DNA of 63,794 bases, filler included, from Octopus bimaculoides (lineage: Eukaryota): the NCBI RefSeq assembly GCF_001194135.2. It is 4 parts of 4 records of this genome, joined end to end, with 100 filler letters (N's around TTAATTAATTAA, not from the genome) between each part and the next. Parts side by side here need not be neighbours in the genome. Positions count along the whole stretch, not along the records: positions 44,512 to 62,640 come from NC_068994.1; 3 more parts are not named here. One strand, 5' to 3'. Position 1 is the first letter of the stretch. Each line of letters starts with the position of its first letter. Of this stretch, positions 48,311 through 61,619 are shown one piece after another. A program made the position numbers and the translations under genes. The notes below the pieces were generated by a model that saw nothing but the letters and a program-made list of their open reading frames with translations, was not told the DNA's origin and did no database searches.

Positions 48311-50108
48311 ATAAGTTTCTTGCTACAGAAGAGTTAAATGGCTTATTAAAAATAAAAAAAAGTTAGGTTAATCAGCTGTAACATAACCTTATTAATGAGA
48401 CCCTTATTAACAATAATTCAGCTCAGAGATTTAGAGACATTTCTTTATTAATATTAATTCTTTAGCTGTCTCAACTGATTATAATTATAATTCAGTTTAC
48501 TTCATTAGTAGTCTTAATTATCTCAACTAGTAATACTGCTTTAACTGTTTTCATTAGAAATCAATATGTTAGTTATTCCCAAATGTTGTCATGACTCAAA
48601 CTAAATGATTCCAGTTAATTATTAAAAATTAGTTATGTTTAGTTTTCTTTACAGTTTGGTTATTGCACTCATCAACACTCTATAATCATGGACTTACAGT
48701 TAAAGTTACACCAATTCTATCACTCTTTTCGATTACTATTCCACTGGTGTCTACCTTCTTGAATCTGTTGATTCCACTTGACATCCTTTGTGGTGGGAAA
48801 CTAGTAGAGTCATTAAACCATTGGATAGAAAACTTTAGTGGTGTTTAGTTTTAATGCTGGTTGTCTGAGCTCAAATCCTACTGAGGTCAACTTTACCTTT
48901 TATCTTTTTCAGGGATTATAAATAAGCATCCATCCCAAGCAGTGGATTGGCAGAACAATGAGAGAGTCAAGTCAGATGCCTAACCACTTGACTGTAAGCT
49001 TTCTTTTACTTTACAAAAACACATAAAAAACATCAAAATTAAGGAATCCTGGGGAGACAAACTGATGAAGTTCCTTTCCAGTGTCAGGGACTTTGTTGGG
49101 GATGCCACTTGGTCACTGCCCAGTTTCTATCACCAAACCAAAATGCCTGTTTGTAAATGGACAAATGGAAACATACCAGTATCAGGTCGCAGCAGGATTC
49201 CAGTTGACCTGCACTAACAGAAATATTGTGAATCACCTATATTGCCAACATATCACATATCCCCATATGACACAGACTACCTCAAATTGCACTGTTTGAT
49301 TACTTTGATTATAGTGGTGGGGTTCAAAATAATTCATGAACCTGGAGAATGGGGAATACATCAATTGGATTTTGAATGTAAATTGGAGGTATGAGTGATG
49401 CTGTATTAGACAGCAACTCAATGTCATTGTTTCATTTCCTCATGACATCTCTACAATGCCTTTCCTACTTTTACTCATCGTTCTCCTCTACAAGGGAGCT
49501 TCTTTGTAACCCGACGAGTGGGTCTCTATATGGTTATTTGACTGCTAGAAATAGCAGCTAATTCATTTTCTCAAATTACACACTAACATGTTATATAAAG
49601 AAAGGATACATTACATTGGGTGATTGTACTCTTTGGTATACTTTTAATCTGATACCTAATCTATCAGAGTTATCCTGGAGCTATACATCAGTTTGGCACT
49701 TTCTCTCTACCTATATCATCGTTCTAATCACTTACATTTAAAACCTTGAGCCAACATCCATGTGCTGCCGATAACCAAGGCATTTGTAATATTTTAGGCA
49801 AAACAGTGTGCAAGATATCTTCTGTAGTAGATGCAAATCTTTTGAAGCTGAATGGATTGGAATAATGTAAGATGTAGTTCCTTGTCTATGGACTCAATGT
49901 GCCATCCAATATAGTAATCAAAAAAGTAAAAGGAAAAATGTCTCACAACTTTAGTCAAACAGACTAACCACAAAGCCACAAACCTTCACAAAACCTTAAC
50001 GAATCTTCTCTAATCCTCATGTTATAGAGATCTCTGTGCAAATGCTATAACTAGCAAAGCTTTTCTCAGACTATCTATAAATCCTGAAGTTATCTTTGAT
50101 GGATATAA

Positions 50109-50322
50109 TCCTTTCTATTATAGGCACAAGGCCTGAAATTTTGGGGGAGGGTACTAGTCAATTACATTGACTCCAGTGTGTAACTAGTACTTAATTTATA
50201 AACCTTGAAAGGATGAAAGGCAAAGTCGAACTCGGAGGAATTTGAACCCAGAATGTAGCGACAGGCGAAATACCATTAAGCATTTCATCCATTGTGCTAA
50301 TGATTCTGCTTGCTGGCTGCCT
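50109..50322 (-). mobile_element. SINE family B
   Basis: Family core; CpG-decayed head. Confidence 0.85.
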
Positions 50323-50624
50323 TTTTGGTAGATGTAATGATAAATGTTAATAAATAGATGTTTAAAATAATCAGGTAAGAACAGTGACATGAGATAGCGC
50401 TCTAAGTATATCATTGCAGAATGACCAAAACAGTCAAGTTACTATCATCATATTTAATATAATGAAGAATAAAAAAAAATCTAATTAACTGATAATAAAC
50501 ATTCTTTAATGACTAATGTTAATCTAATCTGATTTTGGCAAATATAGACATCAACACCAAACAGATACTAAAATTATCAAACCCCTTTATAATATTGCTT
50601 TGAAAATTTTTTGATACAAGTCAG

Positions 50625-51000
50625 TAATTTCTTGAAATTACAAAGCCAGTAATTTCAAGGAAGGGGGCTAATCGATTAGTATTCAACAGGAACTTATTTT
50701 ATCGACCCTGAAAGGATGAAAGGCAAAGTCGACTTTGATGGAATTTGAACTCAGAATGTAAAGACAGGATGAAATGACATTAAGCATTTTGCCCAATGTG
50801 CTAATGATTTTGCCAGCTCACTACCTTAAACCCCTTTACAATATTAATTATTGAGTTCTAACATTAACACAAGACATCACATTTTATGCAGAAGGGTGTA
50901 GCCAGCTACATCTACTAGAGCACCAAACTGATACTTTGTCTTATTGACCCTGTGAGAATGAAAGACAAAGTGACCATTGCAGTATTTGAACTCAGAATGT
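50625..51000 (-). mobile_element. SINE B copy (50625-50827) and fragment (50895-51000)
   Basis: Family core; CpG-decayed. Confidence 0.8.
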
Positions 51001-51961
51001 AGTGTCACTAGACCATATATACCCCTGGTTGTATTTTAGCAACACAAAACCTGCTCCTACTTGTTTGGACATGAACTCGCCGGAAGCATCTGACTGAGTA
51101 TACAAAATGCTCAGTAGGTAGTTGATACCCATAGCTAACAGTTGCATACTGTCCTTCTCATCCAGATTATGAAAGCTTACCACTATGTTTAATCTAAATA
51201 CAGTGAAATTTTAAGACCTCATTTAAGACTTCATAGGCATATACAGGCTAAATACTAATTACCATATTGTTTTATCCAATGTTCCCCTGATTCTGCCAAT
51301 CCACTGCTCTCAAAATTATTATTAATTATTAGAAATTATGAGGAATTTTAATTATACAAGCTAATGTTCACTGGGATGTGGTGAGACTTTTATGTTTAGT
51401 CTCGAAAACAACATGCAATTCTTTTAGTTTTGTTCATCTTTCTTCACGTCAAAGAAATACTTTTGGTATAAACAGTTCTTACCTGTCTCTAATCCTTTAA
51501 AAAGAGCATTTAACCAAAAATTTTTGTGAGAGTTTTTTTGTGAATGGCTGATGTGTTATACAATGTAATAATGAGTTTTATCTGAAGCAGCAAAGTCACA
51601 TAAATTAGGGCCATACCCCAATTCGTGTATCGTTATCAATAAACCCAGCAATGTTCAAATGTTCAAATGTTAATGTTTAAAATCCTGGGAATGAAGAAAT
51701 AAATCAAAAGTATGAGTTTGTTTCACAAATGTTATAGAGATGTGTAAAAATGGTTGGAGAGATTTTTGAGAACAGGGATTGTATTTTAAACGAATGTCAA
51801 TTGCATGCATATAGGGTTGGCGTACATAAATATTTAGATTCAGAGGTACACACACACACACACACACACACACAAGCACACATAAACACATATACATACA
51901 TACATGCATATACATATACCTACATATATACATATATATATATATATGTTGTGTGTGTGTG

Positions 51962-52011
<50 letters not shown>

Positions 52012-52017
52012 CACACA

Positions 52018-53301
52018 CAAGGTGCAGGGAATAAATTGTCATCAAAATTACACAAAATTGAAAATAATGACATCTCATTTTAAGAGATATATTTACCAAA
52101 ATTACATAAAAATAACTTGAAATACTAAAAAGTAAATTCATTCAATAAAATTGCCATTGCCTTCAGCCATACTCTCCAGATGGCTTCAGAGTCTCCTGCA
52201 ATTCTCCTAGAGGGTCTACTTGTTTAAGTTGCTGAATGCTACCATAGTACTTGCTTTCAGTTCATCTCTGGTGTTGCAAGGAGTTTGGATGATCTCTCAC
52301 TCAACTGCACCCCATGCATAATAATAATCATGGGGCTTGCAGTCTGGGGAGTTAGGTGGCCAGATGTTAGGGGTGATGTGGTTGTAGAAACTGACAGCTA
52401 TGACTGGGTTCTCCTACTTGTGAGGCATGGTGCTGAGTCCTGTTGCCAGATATAGGGGCTTCCAGCAGTCACTCTCTTCACTTAGGGCAGCACTACTTCC
52501 TCCAGGCGCTTGATGAAGACCTCCTTGTTGAGTGTGAGGCCGTGTGGGAAGATGAATGGAGGCATAACATCACCATCACTAATGATCACTCCAAACACCA
52601 TAATGTTGACTGGATGTCTGATTTTTATCACTCTCGGTACATACTTTAGGGACATGGCAAACCAACAGTAGTTCTGTGTGTTAACCATTTGATTCTAGCA
52701 GAAATTTTTCTCAGAGAAAAACCAAAGCATGTTCAGTTGGTGGGGATACTTGAGTTTGTTCAAAAGCTTTCCCCTTGCATTTGATGGCTTGGAATAAAAA
52801 TTGGCCCTTTCTCATCTTGTATGATGAATACCAAATGTCTTCATGCACTACCTGCCTGATAAGAAACTCAGACACTCCCCATGTTCCTGATAATGGACCT
52901 GATTGACTTGGAAGGATTGTTGTCAATCATAGCCTGGATCTCACTCACAAATTCAGGAGTTCTTTTCTTTTTAGAATGATCAGAGTGAGTTTTCCAAGCT
53001 GCCGTACTTTCTTAATCACTATTAGACTCAACTGACTCTTTTCAAATCCTCTGTACTGTCCTCAGAGTAACACCCAAACACTCTGAAATGTTTGTATTGG
53101 AGTTTCTGGTGTGAATGCCAAGCAGTACAGCATGTCGTTTCCAAATTTCTGGTAGAGTAAATTGCATCATGGTGCTATTTTTCTCACAGACAGTGCCCAA
53201 TTGACCCTACCATACTTTGTAGCCAACCAAACCAAACACAAACAATGTACATGCGTGAAATAAAAAATAAAAAATGGCAACAATTTACCCGTTGCACCCT
53301 G
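52018..53301 (-). mobile_element. Full-length degenerate Tc1/mariner element, maT (DD37D)-like
   Basis: CAGGGTGC-type TIRs (caaggtgc..aaattgtc / caatttacccgttgcaccctg|TA). Confidence 0.88.
52138..53170 (-). pseudogene. maT-like transposase pseudogene
   Basis: MMQFTLPEIWKRHAVLLG.., IRHPVNIMVFGVI.SDGDVMPPFIF, WQQDSAPCLTS, IWPPNSPDCKPHDYY, GNFIE*. The D-D spacing cannot be counted because of indels. Confidence 0.85.
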
Positions 53302-53490
53302 TATATATATATATATGTGCGCGCGCACACACACACACACACACACACATATATCACACTTATATATACACACATGCATATATATATATACGTAAATGCA
53401 TACATACAAGTACACATATATTTATATGTAAGCGTATGGACACCCTCTGTATATATATATATATATATATACACACACATACTCACACAA

Positions 53491-53539
<49 letters not shown>

Positions 53540-54571
53540 AATATACACACACACACACACATATGTAAATATGCATATATATATGTGTATGTATGTGTGT
53601 GTGTGTACTTTGAGAGGCAGAGAGAGAGAGAAGAGAGAGAGAGAAAGAGAGAAAAGTATATTTATGTATGTATGTATGTATGTATGTATTATTAGACTTG
53701 ATTTCAAAATCTTCTCAAGTAGTTTCGATAGTATTATTGGAGGCACATAGGCACATTGTAATATGATTGCAAGATGTTAGAGGTAGATAGATTCATGTTT
53801 ATTTGTTCATCAAATCACTTAGACTTTTAATATACCAAAGATAGAATATATGCATCTTTTTTTTTTTTTTTTTTTTTACAGGAACATTTTTTTCAGATTT
53901 CATTAGTTTGTACATTCACTTTAAAAAGAAAAACAACACTGCTTACAAGGTGTGTATATTATTACTATCTTTTGTATTAGTATTATCCTACAAGCAAGTG
54001 ATAGTATTTAGATATTTTCCAGAATAGCTTAAATTATATATTTCTTAATTAATTGCTGCTTTGCTTCAGAAATTAAATTTTTTTTTTTTTTTTTTAAAAT
54101 TTTCCTTTCAACATTTCTTCATATGAGAAATTCAAAGATTTTCACCAGCCTTTACAGTTCATTAATGATTAATCTGAAAAGATATTTTAAAAAATAATTT
54201 ATATACAGTAACCCGAAAAAAAAAAAATGCAAGAAAAAAAGCGACACAAACAGAACGAAAGGAAATCAACAGTAAAGTAACAATATTATTAATAGTTCGT
54301 TTTATCTTTTTAAACAGTTTCTGTCATTATTCAATTGGAAAAAAAATGAATAAAATATGTTCATTAAAATTGCCATTTTTTTTTTTTTCCTTCCTGGATT
54401 AATTTTCAAAAGAATCAATAATAAAGAAATTTTATTTTCATTTTACTTCAACGCTGTCAGTTCTGAGATTCTTTTGAGTTCAATTTAAATGTTTGAAAAG
54501 TAGTAAAATTTTTATAAAATTGGAACAGAAATTCCTAAGCTTAATAATACATGTCGTAAAGGAATGTATGA

Positions 54572-55028
54572 GTTTAAAATAATTACTATGTATCATAAAC
54601 CATAACCATCAACTGTTTAAAATAATTACTGTGTATCATAAGCCATAACCGTCGTCATTTTAAAATAATTATTCTGTATCACAAACCATAACCATCATTA
54701 GTTTAAAATAGTTACTCCGCATCATGAACCATAACCATCATCATTTTAGTATAATCACTTTGTATCACAAGCCATAGCCATCATCGGTTTAAAATGATTA
54801 CTCTGTTTCACAAACCATAACCACCATTAGTTTAACAATGTTTACTTTGTATCATAAACCGTAACAATCATCAGTTTATCAGAAGCCATAGCCATCATCA
54901 GTTTAAAATAACTATTTAGTATTACAAGCCATAAATATCATCCTTTTAACATAATTGCTTTGTATCACAAGCCATAACTACCATCAGTTTAAAATAATTG
55001 TTGTGTGTCATAAACCATAACCATCATC
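54572..55028. repeat. 43-bp minisatellite, 11 units (one truncated)
   Basis: Units start at 54572, 54615, 54658, 54701, 54744, 54787, 54830, 54874 (27 bp), 54901, 54944, 54987; consensus gtttaaaataattactntgtatcayaarccataaccatcatca. Confidence 0.95.
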
Positions 55029-55500
55029 TTTGTGTGCATGCGTGCGTGCGTGTGTGATGCACATGTGCACATGCATGTGCACGTGAGTGTGCATTTATTT
55101 CTGCATGTCTATGCATTGACATATGCAAACTCTTCCAGTTGATGATTTGACATGTGATGCCCATTGGAATAAAGTATATTACTTGAAAACAAGTACAGGT
55201 TTCCATCAAGAAATACATAGTGAATATTGCCTCATGATATCTCATCTAACCCATAATAGCATGGAAACAGTAGACATAAAATTGATAACGATAACAACAA
55301 CATAAACAGCAGTTGACAATGAAGATAAAGATGACGATGATGATGATGACCTCAAGTTTGAGAATATTGTGATTCAATTGCTTCTTATTACACTGTCAAA
55401 GAAGTGAACAGCTATTCTTATTGCTTTTATTTAACCACAGGCCAACCCTGGCTAAAAATATTCAACCTATGACTATCCTGTCTTTTTCTGAGACATAGTA

Positions 55501-55840
55501 TACTCTTTTACTCGTTTCAGTCATTTGACTGTGGCCATGCTGGAGCACCGCCTTTAGTCGAGCAAATCGACCCCAGGACTTATTCTTTGTAAGCCTAGTA
55601 CTTATTCTATCAGTCTCTTTTGCCAAACCGCTAAGTTACGGGGACGTAAACACACCACCATTCGGTTGTCAAGCGATGTTGGGGGGGGGGCGACAAACAC
55701 AGACACACAAACATATACACACACATATATATACATATATACGACGGTCTTCTTTCAGTTTCCGTCTACCAAATCCACTCACAAGGCTTTGGTCGGCCCA
55801 AGGCTATAGTAGAGGACACTTGCCCAAGGTGCCACGCAGT
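55501..55840 (-). mobile_element. SINE family A with 3' module, head truncated
   Basis: Low-divergence copy of the 3' module and core. Confidence 0.9.
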
Positions 55841-56388
55841 ATATCTAAGATTAGGACAACTCCGATGAAATATATTCCAGCTGTGACTATTCTGTCTTCC
55901 TCAGAGAGATAGAGTATCTAGGACTATATTATAAATTCTGTTAAATTATTATTCTCTTCTTTTATAACAAAATGGTGTTGAATTTGAGGGTGTTTTGATC
56001 ACTATTTCTAGTATGTCAACCAACCACTTAGCAGCTCTTTCCTGGGTCTTTGAAAATGGATTTATTCTAATATCTGTCACATTTATCTCTTTGATGTTTG
56101 CAGCAGGTTTCACAAACTTAAATTCTTAAGAACACTGACAGTTCATTAAAATCCTTTTAATTAGTTTTACTCAATTTTGTTTGTAGATTGGATTCTCTCA
56201 AATTAATTATGAAACATTTATCTAAGCACAATAGTTTCTAATCTTTGACAACACAGAAATAGTGAAGATTATATTTGATGATAACTTGTCCTTGTAATTT
56301 TATAATATCTGAAAGTGTTTAAGTGTATGCATATTCATGTATATATGTAGGTATATGTAAATGTCAGTGCTTTTATGTATGTATATTA

Positions 56389-56423
<35 letters not shown>

Positions 56424-57629
56424 TATACAAACACACACACATGTATATGTATATATGCATATGTGATATATATGTGTGTAAGTATATATATATGTGTGTA
56501 AGTATATATANNNNNNNNNNNNNNNNNNNNNNNNNNNNNNNNNNNNNNNNNNNNNNNNNNNNNNNNNNNNNNNNNNNNNNNNNNNNNNNNNNNNNNNNNN
56601 NNNNNNNNNNNNNNNNNNNNNNNNNNNNNNNNNNNNNNNNNNNNNNNNNNNNNNNNNNNNNNNNNNNNNNNNNNNNNNNNNNNNNNNNNNNNNNNNNNNN
56701 NNNNNNNNNNNNNNNNNNNNNNNNNNNNNNNNNNNNNNNNNNNNNNNNNNNNNNNNNNNNNNNNNNNNNNNNNNNNNNNNNNNNNNNNNNNNNNNNNNNN
56801 NNNNNNNNNNNNNNNNNNNNNNNNNNNNNNNNNNNNNNNNNNNNNNNNNNNNNNNNNNNNNNNNNNNNNNNNNNNNNNNNNNNNNNNNNNNNNNNNNNNN
56901 NNNNNNNNNNNNNNNNNNNNNNNNNNNNNNNNNNNNNNNNNNNNNNNNNNNNNNNNNNNNNNNNNNNNNNNNNNNNNNNNNNNNNNNNNNNNNNNNNNNN
57001 NNNNNNNNNNNNNNNNNNNNNNNNNNNNNNNNNNNNNNNNNNNNNNNNNNNNNNNNNNNNNNNNNNNNNNNNNNNNNNNNNNNNNNNNNNNNNNNNNNNN
57101 NNNNNNNNNNNNNNNNNNNNNNNNNNNNNNNNNNNNNNNNNNNNNNNNNNNNNNNNNNNNNNNNNNNNNNNNNNNNNNNNNNNNNNNNNNNNNNNNNNNN
57201 NNNNNNNNNNTATATATATATATATATATGCATTTATACATATATATGTGTGCAAATGTCTTTCCTGATCCTGCTAGGCTATAGTGGCATCAATAACCAA
57301 TTGTTAGAACTCTCAATACTTATGCTTCACAGTATTTGCATGTTCCAGTGGTGAGGAGTGTGTGTGTGTGTGTGCATGTGTGCGTGCGTGCACACGTGCA
57401 CGTGTGTGTGTCATCATATGAATGTCTACTATCCCGTCTTTGCACAGGTTTGTCAGAATTGAGACAGATTTTTTTACACCTGGTTGTCCCTTCCGACCAC
57501 CAACTCACACTTGTTTCCAAGTAAGCTGTAACCAGACACGTGTTTGCATGATGGTAATGATCATTTACAACTATAATATGATAATAATCAAGGAAACAGT
57601 ACCACACACACACACACACACACACTCAC

Positions 57630-57793
57630 ATGATGGGCCTTTTTTGCTTTCCACCTACCAACTTCTCTCACAAGGCTTTGGTTAGTGCAACGCTATTGTA
57701 GAAGACAGTTGTCCAAGGTGTAACACAATGGTACTGAACCAATAATCTTGTGGTTGGGAGGCAAGCTTCTTACCAAATAGCCATACCTGCACC
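57630..57793 (-). mobile_element. SINE family A
   Basis: Head gccatacctgcacc and core. Confidence 0.82.
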
Positions 57794-58768
57794 CATCTGT
57801 CTGTCTGTCTATCAATCTATTTATCTATCTAATTCTTCAACTTTTCTTATTGAATTACCTTATAAAAAGAAAAAGAAAACAGTTTACATAATTTTATGTT
57901 GAATTTTCATTAAGGTTTTGCCTCTTTAAGAGAAGTACTTTGTAAGGGAGGCAACTCAAGAATATAGCCATTTCTTAACAAATTCCAGATTTTACTTTTA
58001 AAGCTATTCCGTTTTTTATACTCCTGAATGATCTGATATTTTTGTTCCATTTGATAATTTTATTTTATCTAATTAATAATATTTATACTTCAAACCACAT
58101 AAAACAGGAAATAAAAGTACCGAGCTTATTATATTTGACAAAGTGACGTTTATAATTTAAAATACAGATATTAAAATTTGAACTATCATTTTAAAGCACG
58201 CTTAAGAATCTTAGAACATTTACTGATGGAGGGACTCATTAGTGAGACTAAATTCAAATCAATTTTAAATCAGCCGATGGCTAATATTTGAAAGTTTTGC
58301 TTGACAGCTTATTCGACCAAACTTGTTGAATAAGTGATCAGACGAAACTTAAAGTGCCAGCCAACATGAATTTTACAATTAATTCGCAATAAAAGATATA
58401 TGAAGGATTTGATTATTGTCTCATTTCTTCTACTTATTCACCACCACCGCCACCACCGCCTATATACCTGCATTCTGACATCAAATTTTACGAGAACTGA
58501 CTTGGTCTTTTCCCGTGACAAAGCTGGGAGATTGGAACAGTTGTTAGAGCACTAAAATACTTTATAGTACATCTATCCTTGTTTTATTATGGTTGTTTGG
58601 TTCCAAAAAAAGAAAAGACTGCATTAAATGAATAATTGATAAATGAATAATAGAACATACAAGAAAAATAGGCTGTTTTTCAAGACCCCATGTTTTCCTG
58701 AGTATTGTAAATGGTCACAGGGGTATGTTTTTGAGATCCAAGAGAATTTTTAATTGCTCATCAATTCG

Positions 58769-58769
<1 letters not shown>

Positions 58770-58825
<56 letters not shown>

Positions 58826-59160
58826 TCAACGTCCGTTGTCCATGCTAGGATGGGTTAGATGGTTTGATCGGGCTGGCACGCTGGAAGGCTGCATCACACC
58901 CCAATCTGATTTGGTATGGTTTTCTACAGCTGGATGCCCTTCGTAATACCAACCACTCCAAGAGTAATGAATGCTTTTACACGCCACCGGCATGGGTGCC
59001 ATTTGTATGACACAGGAGTGCTTTGTGCTTTCATGTGCCAATTTTTTTGGACACTGGTATCTGTCACGACTGCAATTTTACTCAGCTTGATGGGTCTTCT
59101 TCTCAAGCATGACATATTGCCAGAGGTCTTGGTTATTGCCTCCACAAGGCCCAACACTTG
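58770..59160 (-). mobile_element. RTE 3' UTR and (CAT)n tail
   Basis: cattcaacgtccgttgtccatgctaggatggg..tttctacagctggatgccc. Confidence 0.8.
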
Positions 59161-59465
59161 ATCACAGATCAATTTATGATAACCATAGTATGTGGCACCA
59201 TAATCAATCATACTGTGTTATTCAGATCAGTGATGAATCAGAGATAAACAAAGATAGACGCTTCATGTTCTGAAATCAAATATCATTGAAGTTATCTTTA
59301 CCTTTTATTCTTCAAGAGTTGATTAAAAAAAAATTTATGAAATATTAGGGGTCAATGTTATTGACTGATTCCTTCCCCATATATTCCTGGCCTTGTATCT
59401 GAGAATTTATTATTAATCTGATGTGTTGAACATATCATAACAAAAGGTTACAGCATAAGATTATA

Positions 59466-59684
59466 TTTATTTCTTTATTGCCCACAGGGGGCTAAACATA
59501 GAGGGAACAAAGAAGGACAAAGCGATTAAGTCAATTACATCGACTCCAGTGCATAACTGGTACTTATTTAATCGACCCTGAAAGGGTCAACTTTGGCGGA
59601 ATTTGAACTCAGTACATAAAGACAGACAAAATACTGCTATGCATTTCGCCCGGCGTGCTAATGTTTCAGGCAGCTTGCCACCTT
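59466..59684 (-). mobile_element. SINE family B (ccacaaggggctaaac tail variant)
   Basis: Matches the first unit of the 34701 dimer. Confidence 0.85.
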
Positions 59685-59913
59685 AGCATAAGATTATATT
59701 GGACGATTAAAATTTAGATATGAACATCTTAAAATGAGAATAGTTTTTTTTTGTGCTTTTATATCCTGAGTTTGAATTTTACCTTGAACAAAATTTTATC
59801 TTGATCAGCTTAGTTAAAATATTAACAGCACTAGACAAAAGGCCTTGCTGTATTTCTTTCAATTTCATACATCCATTCATGTTCTTTACCCACTGTCAGG
59901 TCCTATCAGAAGC

Positions 59914-60137
59914 AACCATTATTAGCATTCAGATTACTTGATCAAATGTAATGCTTATTTATTCACAATCTTTAAAATTAATCCTGTATTATCTTGTAGC
60001 TTTAAGATTCCAAAGTTATAGTTGTTTATTTTTAGAATGACATTGCAGGGTATGTGTGAGAAACTGGATTTGGCTAGTTTGAAGATAAAACAAGTAGAAC
60101 ATTTGGGCCAAATGTGGCTGGTTTAAATGCTAAAGTG
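59914..60137. mobile_element. piggyBac-type MITE
   Basis: ..ttagcattcag ... aaatgctaaagtg|TTAA; homologous to 4873-5093. Confidence 0.65.
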
Positions 60138-60141
60138 TTAA

Positions 60142-60420
60142 ACTTTCCAGATAGATTCTCAAGCACAACCAGCTGAGACAATGGATATTAACTAACCATC
60201 TTATTCTTGGTCTACCCATAGATTGTCTTGGCTTAAAGAATCCACCTTGCAATCTTTCCTGTGGCATTCTAATTCCATGTCTGTAGTACTGGAGCTGTGA
60301 TCTCTCAATACAAAGAAGTGGCAGCTTGACCATGAGAGACTCCCTGATCTCTGAACTATGCATCTAGATAAGAAACATTACTACAGAAATCCTTCAGAGG
60401 AATCTCATTTCAGCCATCAA
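60142..60420 (-). mobile_element. RTE (Expander/Rex3-like) ORF C-terminal remnant
   Basis: SSEIRESLMVKLPLLCIERSQLQYYRHGIRMPQERL..GRPRIRW..LSWLCLRI. Confidence 0.8.
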
Positions 60421-60727
60421 AGTCAGCTTCACTTTTCATTCTTTTGTGCTAGATAAAATAAGATATCAGATGTAGGTGATAAAATGACAATATTCTTAGA
60501 ATTTTGGATGAAATGCTTGGCAGCATTTGTTCCAATTTTTTTTTTTTTTTTAATATTCTGTTTTCGAATCCAGCTAGTATGAGTTTTGTCTTTCATCTTC
60601 ATGAAGTTGATGAAATGAAACAAACCCTGACCGGTAACTGAATGAAATGTCTGATGATTTTGGGGTCTTTTACGGTGAGTTGCAGGATTGAGTCAGGATC
60701 CAACACATGTGTGTGTGCGTGTGCGCG

Positions 60728-60880
60728 CGCGCGCGTGCGTGTGTGTGTTATTTCTTTACTACCCACAAGGGGCTACACACAGAGGGGACAAACAAAGACA
60801 GACAAACGGATTAAGTCGATTATATTGACCCCAGTGCGTAACTGGTACTTATTTAATCGACCCCGAAAGGATGAAAGGCA
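60728..60880 (-). mobile_element. SINE family B 3' half (cut by a gap)
   Basis: Tail and core. Confidence 0.85.
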
Positions 60881-61317
60881 NNNNNNNNNNNNNNNNNNNN
60901 NNNNNNNNNNNNNNNNNNNNNNNNNNNNNNNNNNNNNNNNNNNNNNNNNNNNNNNNNNNNNNNNNNNNNNNNNNNNNNNNNNNNNNNNNNNNNNNNNNNN
61001 NNNNNNNNNNNNNNNNNNNNNNNNNNNNNNNNNNNNNNNNNNNNNNNNNNNNNNNNNNNNNNNNNNNNNNNNNNNNNNNNNNNNNNNNNNNNNNNNNNNN
61101 NNNNNNNNNNNNNNNNNNNNNNNNNNNNNNNNNNNNNNNNNNNNNNNNNNNNNNNNNNNNNNNNNNNNNNNNNNNNNNNNNNNNNNNNNNNNNNNNNNNN
61201 NNNNNNNNNNNNNNNNNNNNNNNNNNNNNNNNNNNNNNNNNNNNNNNNNNNNNNNNNNNNNNNNNNNNNNNNNNNNNNNNNNNNNNNNNNNNNNNNNNAT
61301 ATATATATATATACATA

Positions 61318-61470
61318 TATAATGGGCTTCCATAGTTTTCATCAACCAAAGTCGCTCACAAGGCGTAGGTTAGCCTGGGAGTATAACAGAAGATACTTGC
61401 CTGTGGTGTCACACAATGAGACAGAACCTGAAACCATGTGGTTGTAAAATGGACTTCTTAACCACACGGC
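61318..61470 (-). mobile_element. SINE family A
   Basis: Degraded core and head. Confidence 0.72.
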
Positions 61471-61619
61471 TGTATTATTTTGATATTATCACGAAAAATA
61501 ATGACATCAAAAACAACAATGAAAGCAAAGAAGGAAAAAGATTAAACTTAGATGAATATATAATAAAGTGCTTTATGATGTTAATCTTCTTGTCAGTAGG
61601 TGATTTGGTGTAATCATTC

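Noticed and set aside
53880-53949. Resemblance of GTFFSDFISLY..KKK to the P2X receptor post-TM2 segment
   Set aside because: Too short, lacks the YxxxK motif in register, and no other P2X exons were found.
54572-55028. Possible CRISPR array
   Set aside because: Whole units are homologous with no unique spacers; eukaryotic context with no cas genes.
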